55,474 nucleotides of DNA, taken from contig JBOIEM010000018.1 in assembly GCA_050741115.1 (NCBI GenBank), positions 1 to 55,474 of the forward strand. The letters are read 5' to 3'. The notes under the pieces were generated by a model. It was not told the DNA's origin. It did no database searches and was given only the letters and a program-made list of their open reading frames with translations. How positions within the stretch are numbered: the stretch's first letter is position 1; each line of letters opens with the position of its first letter. Shown one piece after another: positions 11,231 to 25,255 of the stretch. The DNA is from Burkholderiales bacterium. Its GTDB lineage: Bacteria > Pseudomonadota > Gammaproteobacteria > Burkholderiales > SG8-41. A program made the position numbers and the translations under genes.

Positions 11231-11881
11231 ATGGCCATGACACTTAGTGATCTGCGCCGGCTCGATCCGAAAAAGATCGGCAGCTGGCCCATGCTGCCCA
11301 AGTTGGGGGTGCTGCTCATCACGCTCGTCCTGATCGTTCTGGCGAGCTACTGGTTCGACTGGCAGCACCAGATCGCGGGCATCAACCAGGAGAAGGAGAG
11401 GGAAGAAGGGCTGCGCAAGACGTTCCTTACCAAGAAGAGCGAGGCGATCAACCTGCCGGCCTACCAGAAGCAGCTGGAAGACATCGAAAAGCAGTTCGGG
11501 GCGCTACTCAAGCAGTTGCCGGGCAGGTCCGAGATGGACGCGCTGCTGACCGACATCAACCAGGCCGGCCTGGGACGCGGCCTTCAGTTCGAGCTGTTCA
11601 AGCCCGCCGCCCAGGAGACGCGGCGGGACTTCTACGCCGAGCTGCCGATCTCGATCAAGGTCACCGGGAACTATCACGATATCGGCGCGTTCGCGAGCGA
11701 TATCGGCAAGCTCTCGCGGATCGTCACGCTGGAAAATATCGCGCTCGCCTCGGTGGGCAAGGCGGGCAAGGGCGGCGGTCTGGTGCTGGACGCAGTGGCC
11801 AAGACCTTCCGCTATCTCGATGACGAGGAGCTGGCGCAGCAGAGAAGGGCCGTAGCTGTCAAGAAAGGCGGCAAGAAATGA
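11231..11881 (+). CDS. pilO: type IV pilus inner-membrane component PilO
   Basis: Position in the pilMNOPQ cluster, a TM segment followed by a coiled-coil, and the YHDIGAFASDIGKLSRIVTL motif. Confidence 0.88.
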   Translation: MAMTLSDLRRLDPKKIGSWPMLPKLGVLLITLVLIVLASYWFDWQHQIAGINQEKEREEGLRKTFLTKKSEAINLPAYQKQLEDIEKQFGALLKQLPGRSEMDALLTDINQAGLGRGLQFELFKPAAQETRRDFYAELPISIKVTGNYHDIGAFASDIGKLSRIVTLENIALASVGKAGKGGGLVLDAVAKTFRYLDDEELAQQRRAVAVKKGGKK

Positions 11882-12414
11882 CTCAGCGTCGTATCCTCGT
11901 CGGCGCGCTCGCCTGTTTTGCGCTCGTGTCGTGCGGCGGCGAGCAGCATTCGGATCTGCGACAGTTCGTCAGGGATTCGGAGAACATGCCGCGCGGACGC
12001 ATCCCCCCGCTGCCGGAAGTAAGGCCCTACGAACCGTTCGAGTACGCGGCATTCGATCTCCTCGACCCATTCGTGCCGCGCAAGATCGAGCCGACCAGGA
12101 CTGCCGGCAAGCGGCACCCCTTGCTGCCTCCCGAGGACCGACGCAAGGGGCCGCTCGAGGCGTTTCCGCTGGAAAACCTCAAGATGGTGGGATCGCTCTC
12201 CCAGAAGAAGGAGTTCTTCGCGCTGATCAAGACACCGGACAACAACCTGTACCGGGTCAAGATGGGGGACTTCATGGGACAGAACTTCGGCCGCGTGATT
12301 GACATCACCGAGTCTGCAGTAAAGCTGAAGGAGCTGATCCAGGACAGCGGCAACGACTGGAAAGAGGAAGAGCGCTTGCTGCTGCTGCAGGACGAACAGG
12401 AGGCGAGAAAATGA
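11878..12414 (+). CDS. pilP: type IV pilus lipoprotein PilP
   Basis: Lipoprotein signal (ALVSC), the pilP position, and overlaps of 4 nt at both ends. Confidence 0.85.
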   Translation: MTQRRILVGALACFALVSCGGEQHSDLRQFVRDSENMPRGRIPPLPEVRPYEPFEYAAFDLLDPFVPRKIEPTRTAGKRHPLLPPEDRRKGPLEAFPLENLKMVGSLSQKKEFFALIKTPDNNLYRVKMGDFMGQNFGRVIDITESAVKLKELIQDSGNDWKEEERLLLLQDEQEARK

Positions 12415-14537
12415 AGCTGAACACGTTGTTCCGTTCGTGGGCCCTTCACGGGATGCTGGCGCTCGCGCTCGCGTGCGCGAGCCTCGCCGCGCGCGCGCAG
12501 GCGAACAGCATCGAGTCGATCAACGTTTCGCCCGCGAGCGCCGGCAAGGTGGTCATCCGCGTGACGCTGAAGGAACCGCCGGCGAGCCCGCCTGCCGGTT
12601 TCACCGTCAGCAACCCGCCGCGCATCGCGTTCGACTTCCCCAATACCACCAGCGCGCTCGGCCGCGGCACCCAGGAAGCGACGGAAGGGGACTTGCGCAG
12701 CTACAACGTCGTGCAGGCGGGCGACCGCACGCGGCTGGTCCTCAACCTCTCCCGCGCCTCCGGCTACGACACGCAGATCGAGGGCCGGACGCTGCTGATC
12801 ACGCTCCAGGGCGCCGCCGCCGTGGCGAGCCCCGCGGGCGCGATCACTCATTTTGCCGAGGCGCGGCTGGGCGACCGGCGCCATGCGCTGCGCGACGTCG
12901 ACTTCCGGCGCGGAGCTGCCGGCGAGGGGCGCGTCGTGATCGATCTGTCGGACAGCGCCGTCGGCATTGACCTGAAGCTCCAGGGCAGGACCATCATCGT
13001 CGACTTCATCAATACCGCGCTGCCGAAGAGCCTCCAGCGGCGCCTCGACGTTACGGACTTCGGCACGCTGGTGCAGACGATCGACGCCTTCCCGCAGGGT
13101 GCCAACACCCGGCTGGTGATCGAGCCGCGCGGGGCCTGGGAGCATACCGCCTACCAGACCGACACCCGCTTCATCGTGGAAGTCAAGCGGCAGGCCGAGG
13201 ACCAGGGCCGGGCGACGGTGCGCGGCGGGCCCTACAAGGGCGAGAAACTGTCGCTTAATTTCCAGAACGTCGAAGTGCGCGCCGTGCTCCAGGTGATCGC
13301 CGACTTCACCGAGAAGAACATTATCACCAGCGACACGGTGGGCGGCAACCTGACGCTGAGGCTGAAGGACGTGCCGTGGGACCAGGCGCTCGACATCATC
13401 CTGCAGGCGAAGGGCCTGGACATGCGCAAGACCGGCAACGTCGTGTGGATCGCGCCGCGCGACGAACTCGCCACGCGCGAGAAGCTGGCGCTCGAGGCGC
13501 AGCAGCAGATCGTCGACCTCGAGCCCACGCGCACCGAGAGCTTCCAGCTGAACTACCAGAAGGGAGCCGATCTGCAGAAGCTGCTCGCCGATCCGCAGCA
13601 GCGGGTGCTCTCCAAGCGCGGCAGCGCCGTGGTCGATCCGCGCACCAACACGATATTCGTGCAGGACACGCCGACACGGCTGGAGGAAGTGCGGAAGCTC
13701 ATTCGCAAGGTCGACGTGCCGGTGCGCCAGGTCATGATCGAATCGCGCATCGTGGAGGCGAGCGACACCTTCGGCCGCAACCTCGGCGTGCGACTCGGCT
13801 ATCACGACCAGACGGGACAGGGCACCAAGCTCGGGAGCCAGAGCGGCACCCCGGTGCGCGCAGTGCCGGGCGGTCAGCTCACCGACCCGGGCTTTCATAC
13901 CGGCCAGATCGCCACCGCGCCGCCGTTCAACGACTCGCTGTCCGTGAATCTGCCGGTACCAGGAATCGCCGGCGCCAACCCCGGCGCGTTCTCGCTGGCG
14001 CTGTTCCGGGAAGGCTCGCAGAAATTCCTCAACTTGGAGCTCACCGCGCTGCAGGCGGACGGCAAGGGCAAGATCATCTCGAGCCCGCGCGTCATCACCG
14101 CCGACCAGGTGGAAGCCACCATCGAGCAGGGCACCGAAATCCCCTACCAGCAGGCGACCTCGAGCGGCGCCACCAGTGTTTCCTTCAAGAAGGCGACGCT
14201 CTCGCTGAAGGTCAAGCCCCAAGTCACGCCCGATGACAACGTGATCATGAATCTCAACATCCACAAGGACAGCGTGGGCCAGAACACGCTCGCCGGCCCG
14301 TCGATCGACACCAAGCAGATCGTGACCGAAGTGCTGGTGGAGAACGGCGGCACGGTGGTGATCGGCGGCATCTACCAGCAGACCGAGAACAACCAGACCA
14401 ACAAGGTCCCAGTGCTCGGCGATCTGCCGTTCGTGGGCTGGATGTTCAAGCAGAACCTAAGGACGGACAACCGCAACGAGCTGCTGATCTTCATCACGCC
14501 GCGCATCCTCAAGGACGGCCTGACGCTGCGGCAATAA
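12411..14537 (+). CDS. pilQ: type IV pilus secretin PilQ
   Basis: 708 aa with a signal peptide, AMIN-type N-terminal repeats, and a secretin C-domain (VPVLGDLPFVGWMFK, ELLIFITPRIL). Confidence 0.95.
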   Translation: MKLNTLFRSWALHGMLALALACASLAARAQANSIESINVSPASAGKVVIRVTLKEPPASPPAGFTVSNPPRIAFDFPNTTSALGRGTQEATEGDLRSYNVVQAGDRTRLVLNLSRASGYDTQIEGRTLLITLQGAAAVASPAGAITHFAEARLGDRRHALRDVDFRRGAAGEGRVVIDLSDSAVGIDLKLQGRTIIVDFINTALPKSLQRRLDVTDFGTLVQTIDAFPQGANTRLVIEPRGAWEHTAYQTDTRFIVEVKRQAEDQGRATVRGGPYKGEKLSLNFQNVEVRAVLQVIADFTEKNIITSDTVGGNLTLRLKDVPWDQALDIILQAKGLDMRKTGNVVWIAPRDELATREKLALEAQQQIVDLEPTRTESFQLNYQKGADLQKLLADPQQRVLSKRGSAVVDPRTNTIFVQDTPTRLEEVRKLIRKVDVPVRQVMIESRIVEASDTFGRNLGVRLGYHDQTGQGTKLGSQSGTPVRAVPGGQLTDPGFHTGQIATAPPFNDSLSVNLPVPGIAGANPGAFSLALFREGSQKFLNLELTALQADGKGKIISSPRVITADQVEATIEQGTEIPYQQATSSGATSVSFKKATLSLKVKPQVTPDDNVIMNLNIHKDSVGQNTLAGPSIDTKQIVTEVLVENGGTVVIGGIYQQTENNQTNKVPVLGDLPFVGWMFKQNLRTDNRNELLIFITPRILKDGLTLRQ

Positions 14538-14559
14538 ACGGACGCTCGAGCGTCTCCCG

Positions 14560-14590
14560 AAAAAGGCGGCCCGCGGGCCGCCTTTTTATT
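14560..14590 (+). terminator. intrinsic terminator after pilQ
   Basis: GGCGGCCC/GGGCCGCC stem (14565-14582) flanked by an A5 run and TTTTTATT. It could act in both directions. Confidence 0.75.
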
Positions 14591-14652
14591 CGCCGGTCCC
14601 TCCGGGGAACGCGCGTTAGGCACCACCTGGCCGTTCCGCTAGAATCGTCTTC

Positions 14653-15231
14653 ATGGGCAGCGTGCAGAGACCGGCGGAGCGGCACGGACGCATTCCCGGC
14701 AACATTTTCCTGGTGGGCCTGATGGGCGCGGGCAAGACCTCGGTGGGCAGGCGCCTCGCCAGACGGCTCGGCAAGACCTTCTACGACTGCGACGAGGAGA
14801 TCGAGCGCACGACCGGCGTGAAGATCCCGGTGATCTTCGACATCGAAGGCGAGGCCGGTTTCCGCGCGCGCGAGGCGAGGACGCTGGCGGAACTCGCTCA
14901 CCGCAGCGACATCGTGCTCGCGACCGGCGGCGGCGCCGTGCTGTCCGCGGAAAACCGCCGGCTGCTGGCCGAAAACGGCGTGGTGGTCTACCTGCGCGCG
15001 GTCGCGAAGGACCTGTGGGCGCGCACGCGCCATGACCGGAACCGGCCGTTATTGAGGACCGATGAGCCCCTCGCCAGGCTCGAGGAGCTCTATGCCGAGC
15101 GCGATCCGCTCTATCGCAGCATCGCCGACATCGTCGTCGACACCGGCAGCCAGAGCCTGGGCAGCCTTGCCCACAAGCTGGAGCAGCGGCTGATCGAGCA
15201 CCAGTCCGCTGCCGCCGAGAGCGCCGGCTGA
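14653..15231 (+). CDS. aroK: shikimate kinase
   Basis: [21 protein letters not shown]-loop and a DCDEEIE motif. It follows pilQ, as in Pseudomonas and Neisseria. Confidence 0.93.
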   Translation: MGSVQRPAERHGRIPGNIFLVGLMGAGKTSVGRRLARRLGKTFYDCDEEIERTTGVKIPVIFDIEGEAGFRAREARTLAELAHRSDIVLATGGGAVLSAENRRLLAENGVVVYLRAVAKDLWARTRHDRNRPLLRTDEPLARLEELYAERDPLYRSIADIVVDTGSQSLGSLAHKLEQRLIEHQSAAAESAG

Positions 15232-15252
15232 GCGGCGCCGACCGAACCCGTC

Positions 15253-16344
15253 ATGCATACTCTGAGTGTCGCGCTGGGCGCCCGCAGCTACCCGATTTAC
15301 ATCGGAGCGGGCCTCCTCGCCCGCCCCGGGCTGATCGTGGAGAAGCTGCCGCAGAAGGACGCCGCGATCATCACCAACGCCACCATCGCGCCGCTCTACC
15401 TTGCGCAGCTGGTGAGCGCGCTCGAATCGCACGGGGTGAGGGTGGTGAGCATCACGGTGCCGGATGGCGAGGAGTACAAGACGTGGGAGACGTTGAACCG
15501 CATCTTCGACGCGCTGCTCGAGCATCATTGCGAACGCGGCACCGCCCTCATCGCGCTGGGAGGGGGGGTCGTCGGCGATCTCGCCGGATTCGCCGCCGCG
15601 GTTTACCAGCGCGGCGTGCCTTACATCCAGGTACCGACCACGCTGCTCGCGCAAGTCGATTCGGCGGTCGGGGGCAAGACCGCGATCAACCACCCCCTCG
15701 GCAAGAACATGATCGGAGCATTCTACCAGCCGCTCGCCGTGGTCTCCGACACCGACACACTCGTCACGCTGCCCCCGCGCGAGCTGGCGGCCGGGCTCGC
15801 GGAGGTCATCAAATACGGGTTGATCCGCGACGCACCGTTCTTCGAGTGGCTCGAAGCCAACATCGCCCGGCTCGCCCGGCGCGAGCCCGAGGCGCTTTCC
15901 TACGCCATCGAGCGCTCTTGCGCCAACAAGGCCGAGGTGGTTGCCCAGGACGAGCTGGAACGCGGACCGCGCGCGCTGCTCAACCTCGGGCACACGTTCG
16001 GCCACGCGATCGAGGCCGGCGCCGGCTACGGTGCGTGGCTCCACGGCGAAGCGGTCGCCGCCGGCATGCTGCTGGCGGCGAAGCTCTCGCAGCGGCTCGG
16101 TCTCCTCGGCGCCCGGGACGTGCGCCGCCTCGGCGCGCTTCTCGGGAATGCGGGCCTGCCGCTCGATCCGCCCAAGCTGGGCGTGGAGCGCTACCTCGAG
16201 CTGATGGGCCACGACAAGAAGGTGGCAGGCGGCCGCATCCACTTCGTGCTGGTGAAGCGCATCGGGGAGGCGTACGTCTCGGGCGAGGTGCCGCGCGATG
16301 CGCTCGCGGACGTGCTCGACGCCGCCGTGCATGCCCGGGCTTGA
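15253..16344 (+). CDS. aroB: 3-dehydroquinate synthase
   Basis: 363 aa. [32 protein letters not shown] and [11 protein letters not shown] motifs. Confidence 0.95.
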   Translation: MHTLSVALGARSYPIYIGAGLLARPGLIVEKLPQKDAAIITNATIAPLYLAQLVSALESHGVRVVSITVPDGEEYKTWETLNRIFDALLEHHCERGTALIALGGGVVGDLAGFAAAVYQRGVPYIQVPTTLLAQVDSAVGGKTAINHPLGKNMIGAFYQPLAVVSDTDTLVTLPPRELAAGLAEVIKYGLIRDAPFFEWLEANIARLARREPEALSYAIERSCANKAEVVAQDELERGPRALLNLGHTFGHAIEAGAGYGAWLHGEAVAAGMLLAAKLSQRLGLLGARDVRRLGALLGNAGLPLDPPKLGVERYLELMGHDKKVAGGRIHFVLVKRIGEAYVSGEVPRDALADVLDAAVHARA

Positions 16345-17458
16345 CCTCGCCCCCTACGCGGCGCGACCGGAGCGCTCCCGAGGCCGCCGCCACCGCGAGG
16401 CCCCGCCCCGCGGCAGGAGCGAATACCAGCGCGATCGCGACCGCATCGTCCATTCCACCGCCTTCCGGCGCCTCGAGTACAAGACCCAGGTCTTCGTCAA
16501 CCATGAGGGCGATCTGTTCCGCACCCGCCTCACCCACAGCCTCGAGGTGGCGCAGATCGCGCGGTCGGTCGCGCGCAGCCTCCGGCTCGACGAAGATTTG
16601 ACCGAGGCGGTCGCTCTCGCGCACGACCTTGGCCATACTCCCTTCGGCCATACCGGCCAGGATTCCCTCAACGCGTGCATGCGGCCCTATGGTGGCTTCG
16701 AGCACAACCTCCAGAGCCTGCGCGTCGTGGACGTCCTCGAGCAGCGCTACGCCGCCTTCGATGGCTTGAATCTCACCTTCGAGACGCGCGAGGGAATTCT
16801 GAAGCATTGCTCGCTCCGGAGCGCGCGTGCGCTCGGCGATGTCGGGGAGCGCTTCGTGAAGAAGCGGCGCCCGTCGCTTGAAGCGCAGGTCGCCAACCTC
16901 GCCGACGAGATCGCCTACAACAACCATGACGTGGATGACGGCGTGCGCTCCGGGCTGCTCGACCTGGCGCAGCTCGCGCAGGTGACGATCTTCGCGCGCC
17001 ACATGACGGCGGTGCTGCGCCAGTACCCGCGGCTCGCGCCCCGGCGGCTGCGACACGAAACGGTGCGACGCATGATCGATACGCTGGTCACCGATCTCAT
17101 CCGCACCAGCGCGGAGAACATCCGCCGGTACGCCCCCGCCTCGATCGAGGAGGTGCGGCTCGCGCAGCCGCTGATCGCGTTCAGCGCGCGCATCCGCGAG
17201 GACAACGAGCAGTTGAAGCGCTTTCTGCGCGCGAATCTCTACCGCCACTACCGCGTGGTGCGCATGAGCACCAAGGCCAGCCGCATCGTGACCGAACTCT
17301 TCGCGGCGCTCCTGTCGGATAACCGGCTGCTGCCGCCCGAGTTCCAGGAGCGGGCGGGGCAGGACGCGCCCCGCGCCATCGCCGACTATATCGCCGGCAT
17401 GACCGACCGCTACGCAATCCTCGAGCACCGGCGCCTGTTTGCGATCGAGGAAACGTGA
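16331..17458 (+). CDS. dgt: dGTP triphosphohydrolase-like HD-domain protein
   Basis: [38 protein letters not shown] and [12 protein letters not shown] motifs. The start is uncertain: ATG at 16331 (chosen) or 16298 (ORF track), and both overlap the aroB end. Confidence 0.88.
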   Translation: MPGLDLAPYAARPERSRGRRHREAPPRGRSEYQRDRDRIVHSTAFRRLEYKTQVFVNHEGDLFRTRLTHSLEVAQIARSVARSLRLDEDLTEAVALAHDLGHTPFGHTGQDSLNACMRPYGGFEHNLQSLRVVDVLEQRYAAFDGLNLTFETREGILKHCSLRSARALGDVGERFVKKRRPSLEAQVANLADEIAYNNHDVDDGVRSGLLDLAQLAQVTIFARHMTAVLRQYPRLAPRRLRHETVRRMIDTLVTDLIRTSAENIRRYAPASIEEVRLAQPLIAFSARIREDNEQLKRFLRANLYRHYRVVRMSTKASRIVTELFAALLSDNRLLPPEFQERAGQDAPRAIADYIAGMTDRYAILEHRRLFAIEET

Positions 17459-17624
17459 CGAGGAGCGGGGCCGACCCCCAAGCTGTTGCCGTAAGTGGCT
17501 GATGGCAGTAAACTTCCCCTTCGCGCCTCCGCTTTCAATCTCACTTGTTGCAGCGCAGCAGGGCGAGCGGCAGGCGGTTGAAATCGTTGAGCTCTTGAGG
17601 AAGCGCCGCGTGGATCAACCAGGA

Positions 17625-22271
<4,647 letters not shown>

Positions 22272-22376
22272 CCGGAACCGGGAGGCGCGGGCCCGTTCCG
22301 CGTCAGCGGCGCGTCCTTCCTGCTTCCCGCGCCCCTCCCCAGCACGGTCTGCCGGCGCCAGAAGTGAGCGCTTACC

Positions 22377-23840
22377 ATGGGCAAAATAACGGGATTTCTC
22401 GAGCACGATCGCGTCGAAGAGACGTACGAGCCGAAAGAGGCGCGCAAGAGGCACTACCGCGAGTTCATCCCCCACCTCACGGACGAGGCGGCGGGCATCC
22501 AGGGCGCGCGCTGCATGGACTGCGGCATCCCGTTCTGCATGAGCGGCTGCCCGGTCAACAACATCATTCCCGACTGGAACGATCTCGTGTACCGCCAGGA
22601 CTGGAGGTCCGCGATCGACTCACTGCACTCGACCAACAACTTCCCCGAATTCACGGGCCGGGTGTGCCCGGCGCCGTGCGAGGAGGCCTGCGTGCTGCGC
22701 ATCAACGAGGATCCCGTCGGCATCAAATCGATCGAGCATGCGATCATCGACAGGGCATGGCAGGAAGGCTGGGTCAAGCCGCAACCCCCTGCGCGTAAGA
22801 CCGGCAAGAAAGTCGCGGTCGTGGGCTCCGGGCCCGCCGGGCTCGCCTGCGCGCAGCAGCTCGCGCGCTCCGGCCACGAGGTTGTCGTATTCGAAAAGAC
22901 CGACCGCATAGGGGGCCTGCTGCGTTACGGCATCCCCGATTTCAAGCTCGAGAAATGGCAGATCGACCGACGCGTGGAGCAGATGGCGGCCGAGGGCGTT
23001 TCGTTCCGCACCGGCGTTTGTGTCGGCAACCAGCGCCCCGGCAAAGGCGTTCCTGACTGGTCGAAGGAGCTGATTGCGCCCGGCAAGCTCCTTGCCGAGT
23101 TCGCTGCGGTGGTGCTTGCGGGCGGAGCGGAGCAGTCGCGCGACCTGCCGATCCCGGGCCGGGAGCTCGACGGCGTGCACTTCGCGATGGAGTTCCTGCC
23201 GCTGCAGAACAAGCGCGTCGCGGGCGACGCGGACGTGCCCGACCTGTGGGCGACCGGCAAGCACGTGGTGATCATCGGCGGCGGCGATACCGGGTCCGAC
23301 TGCGTCGGTACATCGAACCGCCATGGGGCCCGCTCCGTCACGCAGCTCGAGCTGCTGCCGATGCCGCCCGACGTGGAGCGCAATCCGGTGTGGCCATACT
23401 GGCCGACGCGGCTGCGCACGTCCTCCTCGCACGAGGAGGGGGTGAGCCGCGACTGGTCGGTCGCCACCAAGGAGTTCGTCGGCGAGGGCGGCAAGGTCAA
23501 GGCGCTCAGGCTGGTGCGGCTGGCGTGGAAGGACGGCAGGATGAGCGAGGTCGCGGGCACGGAGTTCACGCTGCCCGCCGATCTCGTGTTGCTGGCGATG
23601 GGGTTTGTCTCCCCGGTCCAGTTCGTCCTGGACGGCTTCGGCGTGGCAAAGGACGCGCGCGGCAACGCGCAAGCGACCACCGACGGAGCTGGCTGCTACG
23701 CCACCTCGGTGCCCAAAGTATTCGCCGCCGGCGACATGCGGCGCGGGCAATCGCTCGTGGTATGGGCGATACGCGAGGGGCGACAGTGCGCGCGCGCGGT
23801 CGATGAATTCCTGATGGGCCGCTCCGAGCTGCCGCGGTAG
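22377..23840 (+). CDS. gltD: glutamate synthase small subunit
   Basis: 487 aa. Has Fe-S Cys clusters ([18 protein letters not shown]), [14 protein letters not shown] and VFAAGD motifs. Confidence 0.95.
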   Translation: MGKITGFLEHDRVEETYEPKEARKRHYREFIPHLTDEAAGIQGARCMDCGIPFCMSGCPVNNIIPDWNDLVYRQDWRSAIDSLHSTNNFPEFTGRVCPAPCEEACVLRINEDPVGIKSIEHAIIDRAWQEGWVKPQPPARKTGKKVAVVGSGPAGLACAQQLARSGHEVVVFEKTDRIGGLLRYGIPDFKLEKWQIDRRVEQMAAEGVSFRTGVCVGNQRPGKGVPDWSKELIAPGKLLAEFAAVVLAGGAEQSRDLPIPGRELDGVHFAMEFLPLQNKRVAGDADVPDLWATGKHVVIIGGGDTGSDCVGTSNRHGARSVTQLELLPMPPDVERNPVWPYWPTRLRTSSSHEEGVSRDWSVATKEFVGEGGKVKALRLVRLAWKDGRMSEVAGTEFTLPADLVLLAMGFVSPVQFVLDGFGVAKDARGNAQATTDGAGCYATSVPKVFAAGDMRRGQSLVVWAIREGRQCARAVDEFLMGRSELPR

Positions 23841-23854
23841 CACTGCGTCCGCCG

Positions 23855-24916
23855 GTGACAAGACCCAAGAACGACATTTTGATCCGCGCGCTGCTGAGGC
23901 AGCCCACGCCCTACACGCCGGTGTGGCTCATGCGCCAGGCGGGCCGCTACCTCCCGGAGTACAACGCCGCCCGCGCGCGGGCCGGCAGCTTTCTCGCCCT
24001 GGCGAGAAGCCCCGGCCTCGCCACCGAGGTCACGTTACAGCCGCTTGCGCGGTTCCCGCTCGATGCCGCCATCGTATTTTCCGACATCCTCACGCTGCCG
24101 GATGCGATGGGCCTGGGATTGAGTTTTGCCGAGGGCGAAGGACCGCGCCTCGAGCGGCCCCTGCGCGAGGAGCGGGAAATACGCAGGCTGCCGGTGCCCG
24201 ACCCGCACGAGCGCCTCGGCTACGTGCTCGATACCATCCGCCAGGTGCGGTCGGCGCTTGGTGGCAGCGTGCCGCTCATCGGGTTCTGCGGAAGCCCGTT
24301 CACGCTGGCGTGCTACATGGTGGAGGGAGGCGCGGGCGCCGACTTCCGCACGGTGAAGTCGATGCTCTATGGCCGGCCCGAGCTCCTGCACCATATCCTG
24401 CAGGTGAACTGCCGCGCCGCGACCGTCTTCCTCAACGCCCAGATCGAGGCGGGGGCCCAGGTCGTCATGATCTTCGACACTTGGGGCGGCACGCTGGGCG
24501 CGGCGGAGTACCGGGAATTTTCGCTCTCCTACATGCAGCGCATCGTGGAAGGCTTAAGGCGCGAGCATGACGGAGAACGGGTCCCGACCATTCTCTTCAC
24601 CAAGGGCGGCGGTGGCTGGCTCGAGGCGCTTGCCGGAAGCGGCTGCGACGCCGTCGGGGTCGACTGGACGGTGGATCTCGCCGCCGCGCGCGAGCGTGTT
24701 GGGCGTCGCGCCGCCCTGCAGGGAAACCTCGACCCGGCCGTGTTGCTCGCGGGACGGCCGGCGATCCGCGCCGGTGTCGCCGCCGTGCTCGCCGCCTACG
24801 GGACCGGTGCGGGCCATGTTTTCAACTTGGGGCATGGCGTCACGCAGTTCACCCCTCCCGATAGCGTCGCCGCCCTGGTGGAGGCGGTTCACGAAATGAG
24901 TCCGGCCTATCACTGA
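23855..24916 (+). CDS. hemE: uroporphyrinogen decarboxylase
   Basis: [15 protein letters not shown] and FSDILT motifs, and NLGHGV near the C-terminus. GTG start. Confidence 0.94.
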   Translation: MTRPKNDILIRALLRQPTPYTPVWLMRQAGRYLPEYNAARARAGSFLALARSPGLATEVTLQPLARFPLDAAIVFSDILTLPDAMGLGLSFAEGEGPRLERPLREEREIRRLPVPDPHERLGYVLDTIRQVRSALGGSVPLIGFCGSPFTLACYMVEGGAGADFRTVKSMLYGRPELLHHILQVNCRAATVFLNAQIEAGAQVVMIFDTWGGTLGAAEYREFSLSYMQRIVEGLRREHDGERVPTILFTKGGGGWLEALAGSGCDAVGVDWTVDLAAARERVGRRAALQGNLDPAVLLAGRPAIRAGVAAVLAAYGTGAGHVFNLGHGVTQFTPPDSVAALVEAVHEMSPAYH

Positions 24917-25123
24917 AAACCCGCGCCAGTGCTGGCTTTGCGGGCAAGCCGGTCGCACTTATGCACACGGAAACCGGCCCCATCCGGTCGCAGACGGGAC
25001 GACGGTTCGACTCCGATGTTTGTCAGTAACCTATTGATGTAGCGATGTTTTATGCTTCTGGTCGATCCACGGCCGGTGGTGAAATCCGATTCGCCTCCCA
25101 TGACCGCCCTCACCGCGCATGCG

Positions 25124-25159
25124 CTATCAACACGGTTATCCACAACATATTGTTGATAA
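25124..25159. promoter_or_regulatory. cluster of three DnaA-box-like 9-mers
   Basis: CTATCAACA (25124-25132), the perfect consensus TTATCCACA (25136-25144), and an inverted TGTTGATAA (25151-25159, reverse complement TTATCAACA). All three fall within 36 bp of the hemE-priA spacer. Confidence 0.55.
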
Positions 25160-25255
25160 CCCCCCACCCGGTCGGTTAGCGTTTGCTCACGAGCCTCGCA
25201 TGGGCGAGAAAGCGCGATACCCGAGCCGCACAGCACGCAAACCGCGGGTAGGCGC

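Noticed and set aside
12027-14264. 745-aa ORF antisense to pilP/pilQ. Similar very long antisense ORFs occur at 33379..36357 (992 aa), 53516..55360 (614 aa), 20925..22475, 15049..16332, 39316..41187 and many others in the track.
   Set aside because: Each lies opposite a gene with unambiguous homology. Their translations are Arg/Ala/Gly/Pro/His-rich low-complexity strings with no recognisable motifs. High-GC genomes generate long stop-free antisense frames by composition alone.
17459-17624. Possible sigma-54 promoter (TGGCAG-n5-TTCC) upstream of gltB.
   Set aside because: The -12 element lacks the conserved GC (the consensus is TGGCAC-n5-TTGC), so the match is too weak to call.
25001-25027. 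tRNA-like T-arm sequence GGTTCGACTCC (25004-25014), suggesting a tRNA, tmRNA or an integrase att remnant.
   Set aside because: The T-stem has a mismatch. No complementary 5' acceptor strand (GACAAAC) lies about 70 nt upstream. There is no anticodon arm and no CCA-proximal context. No integrase or foreign DNA is adjacent.
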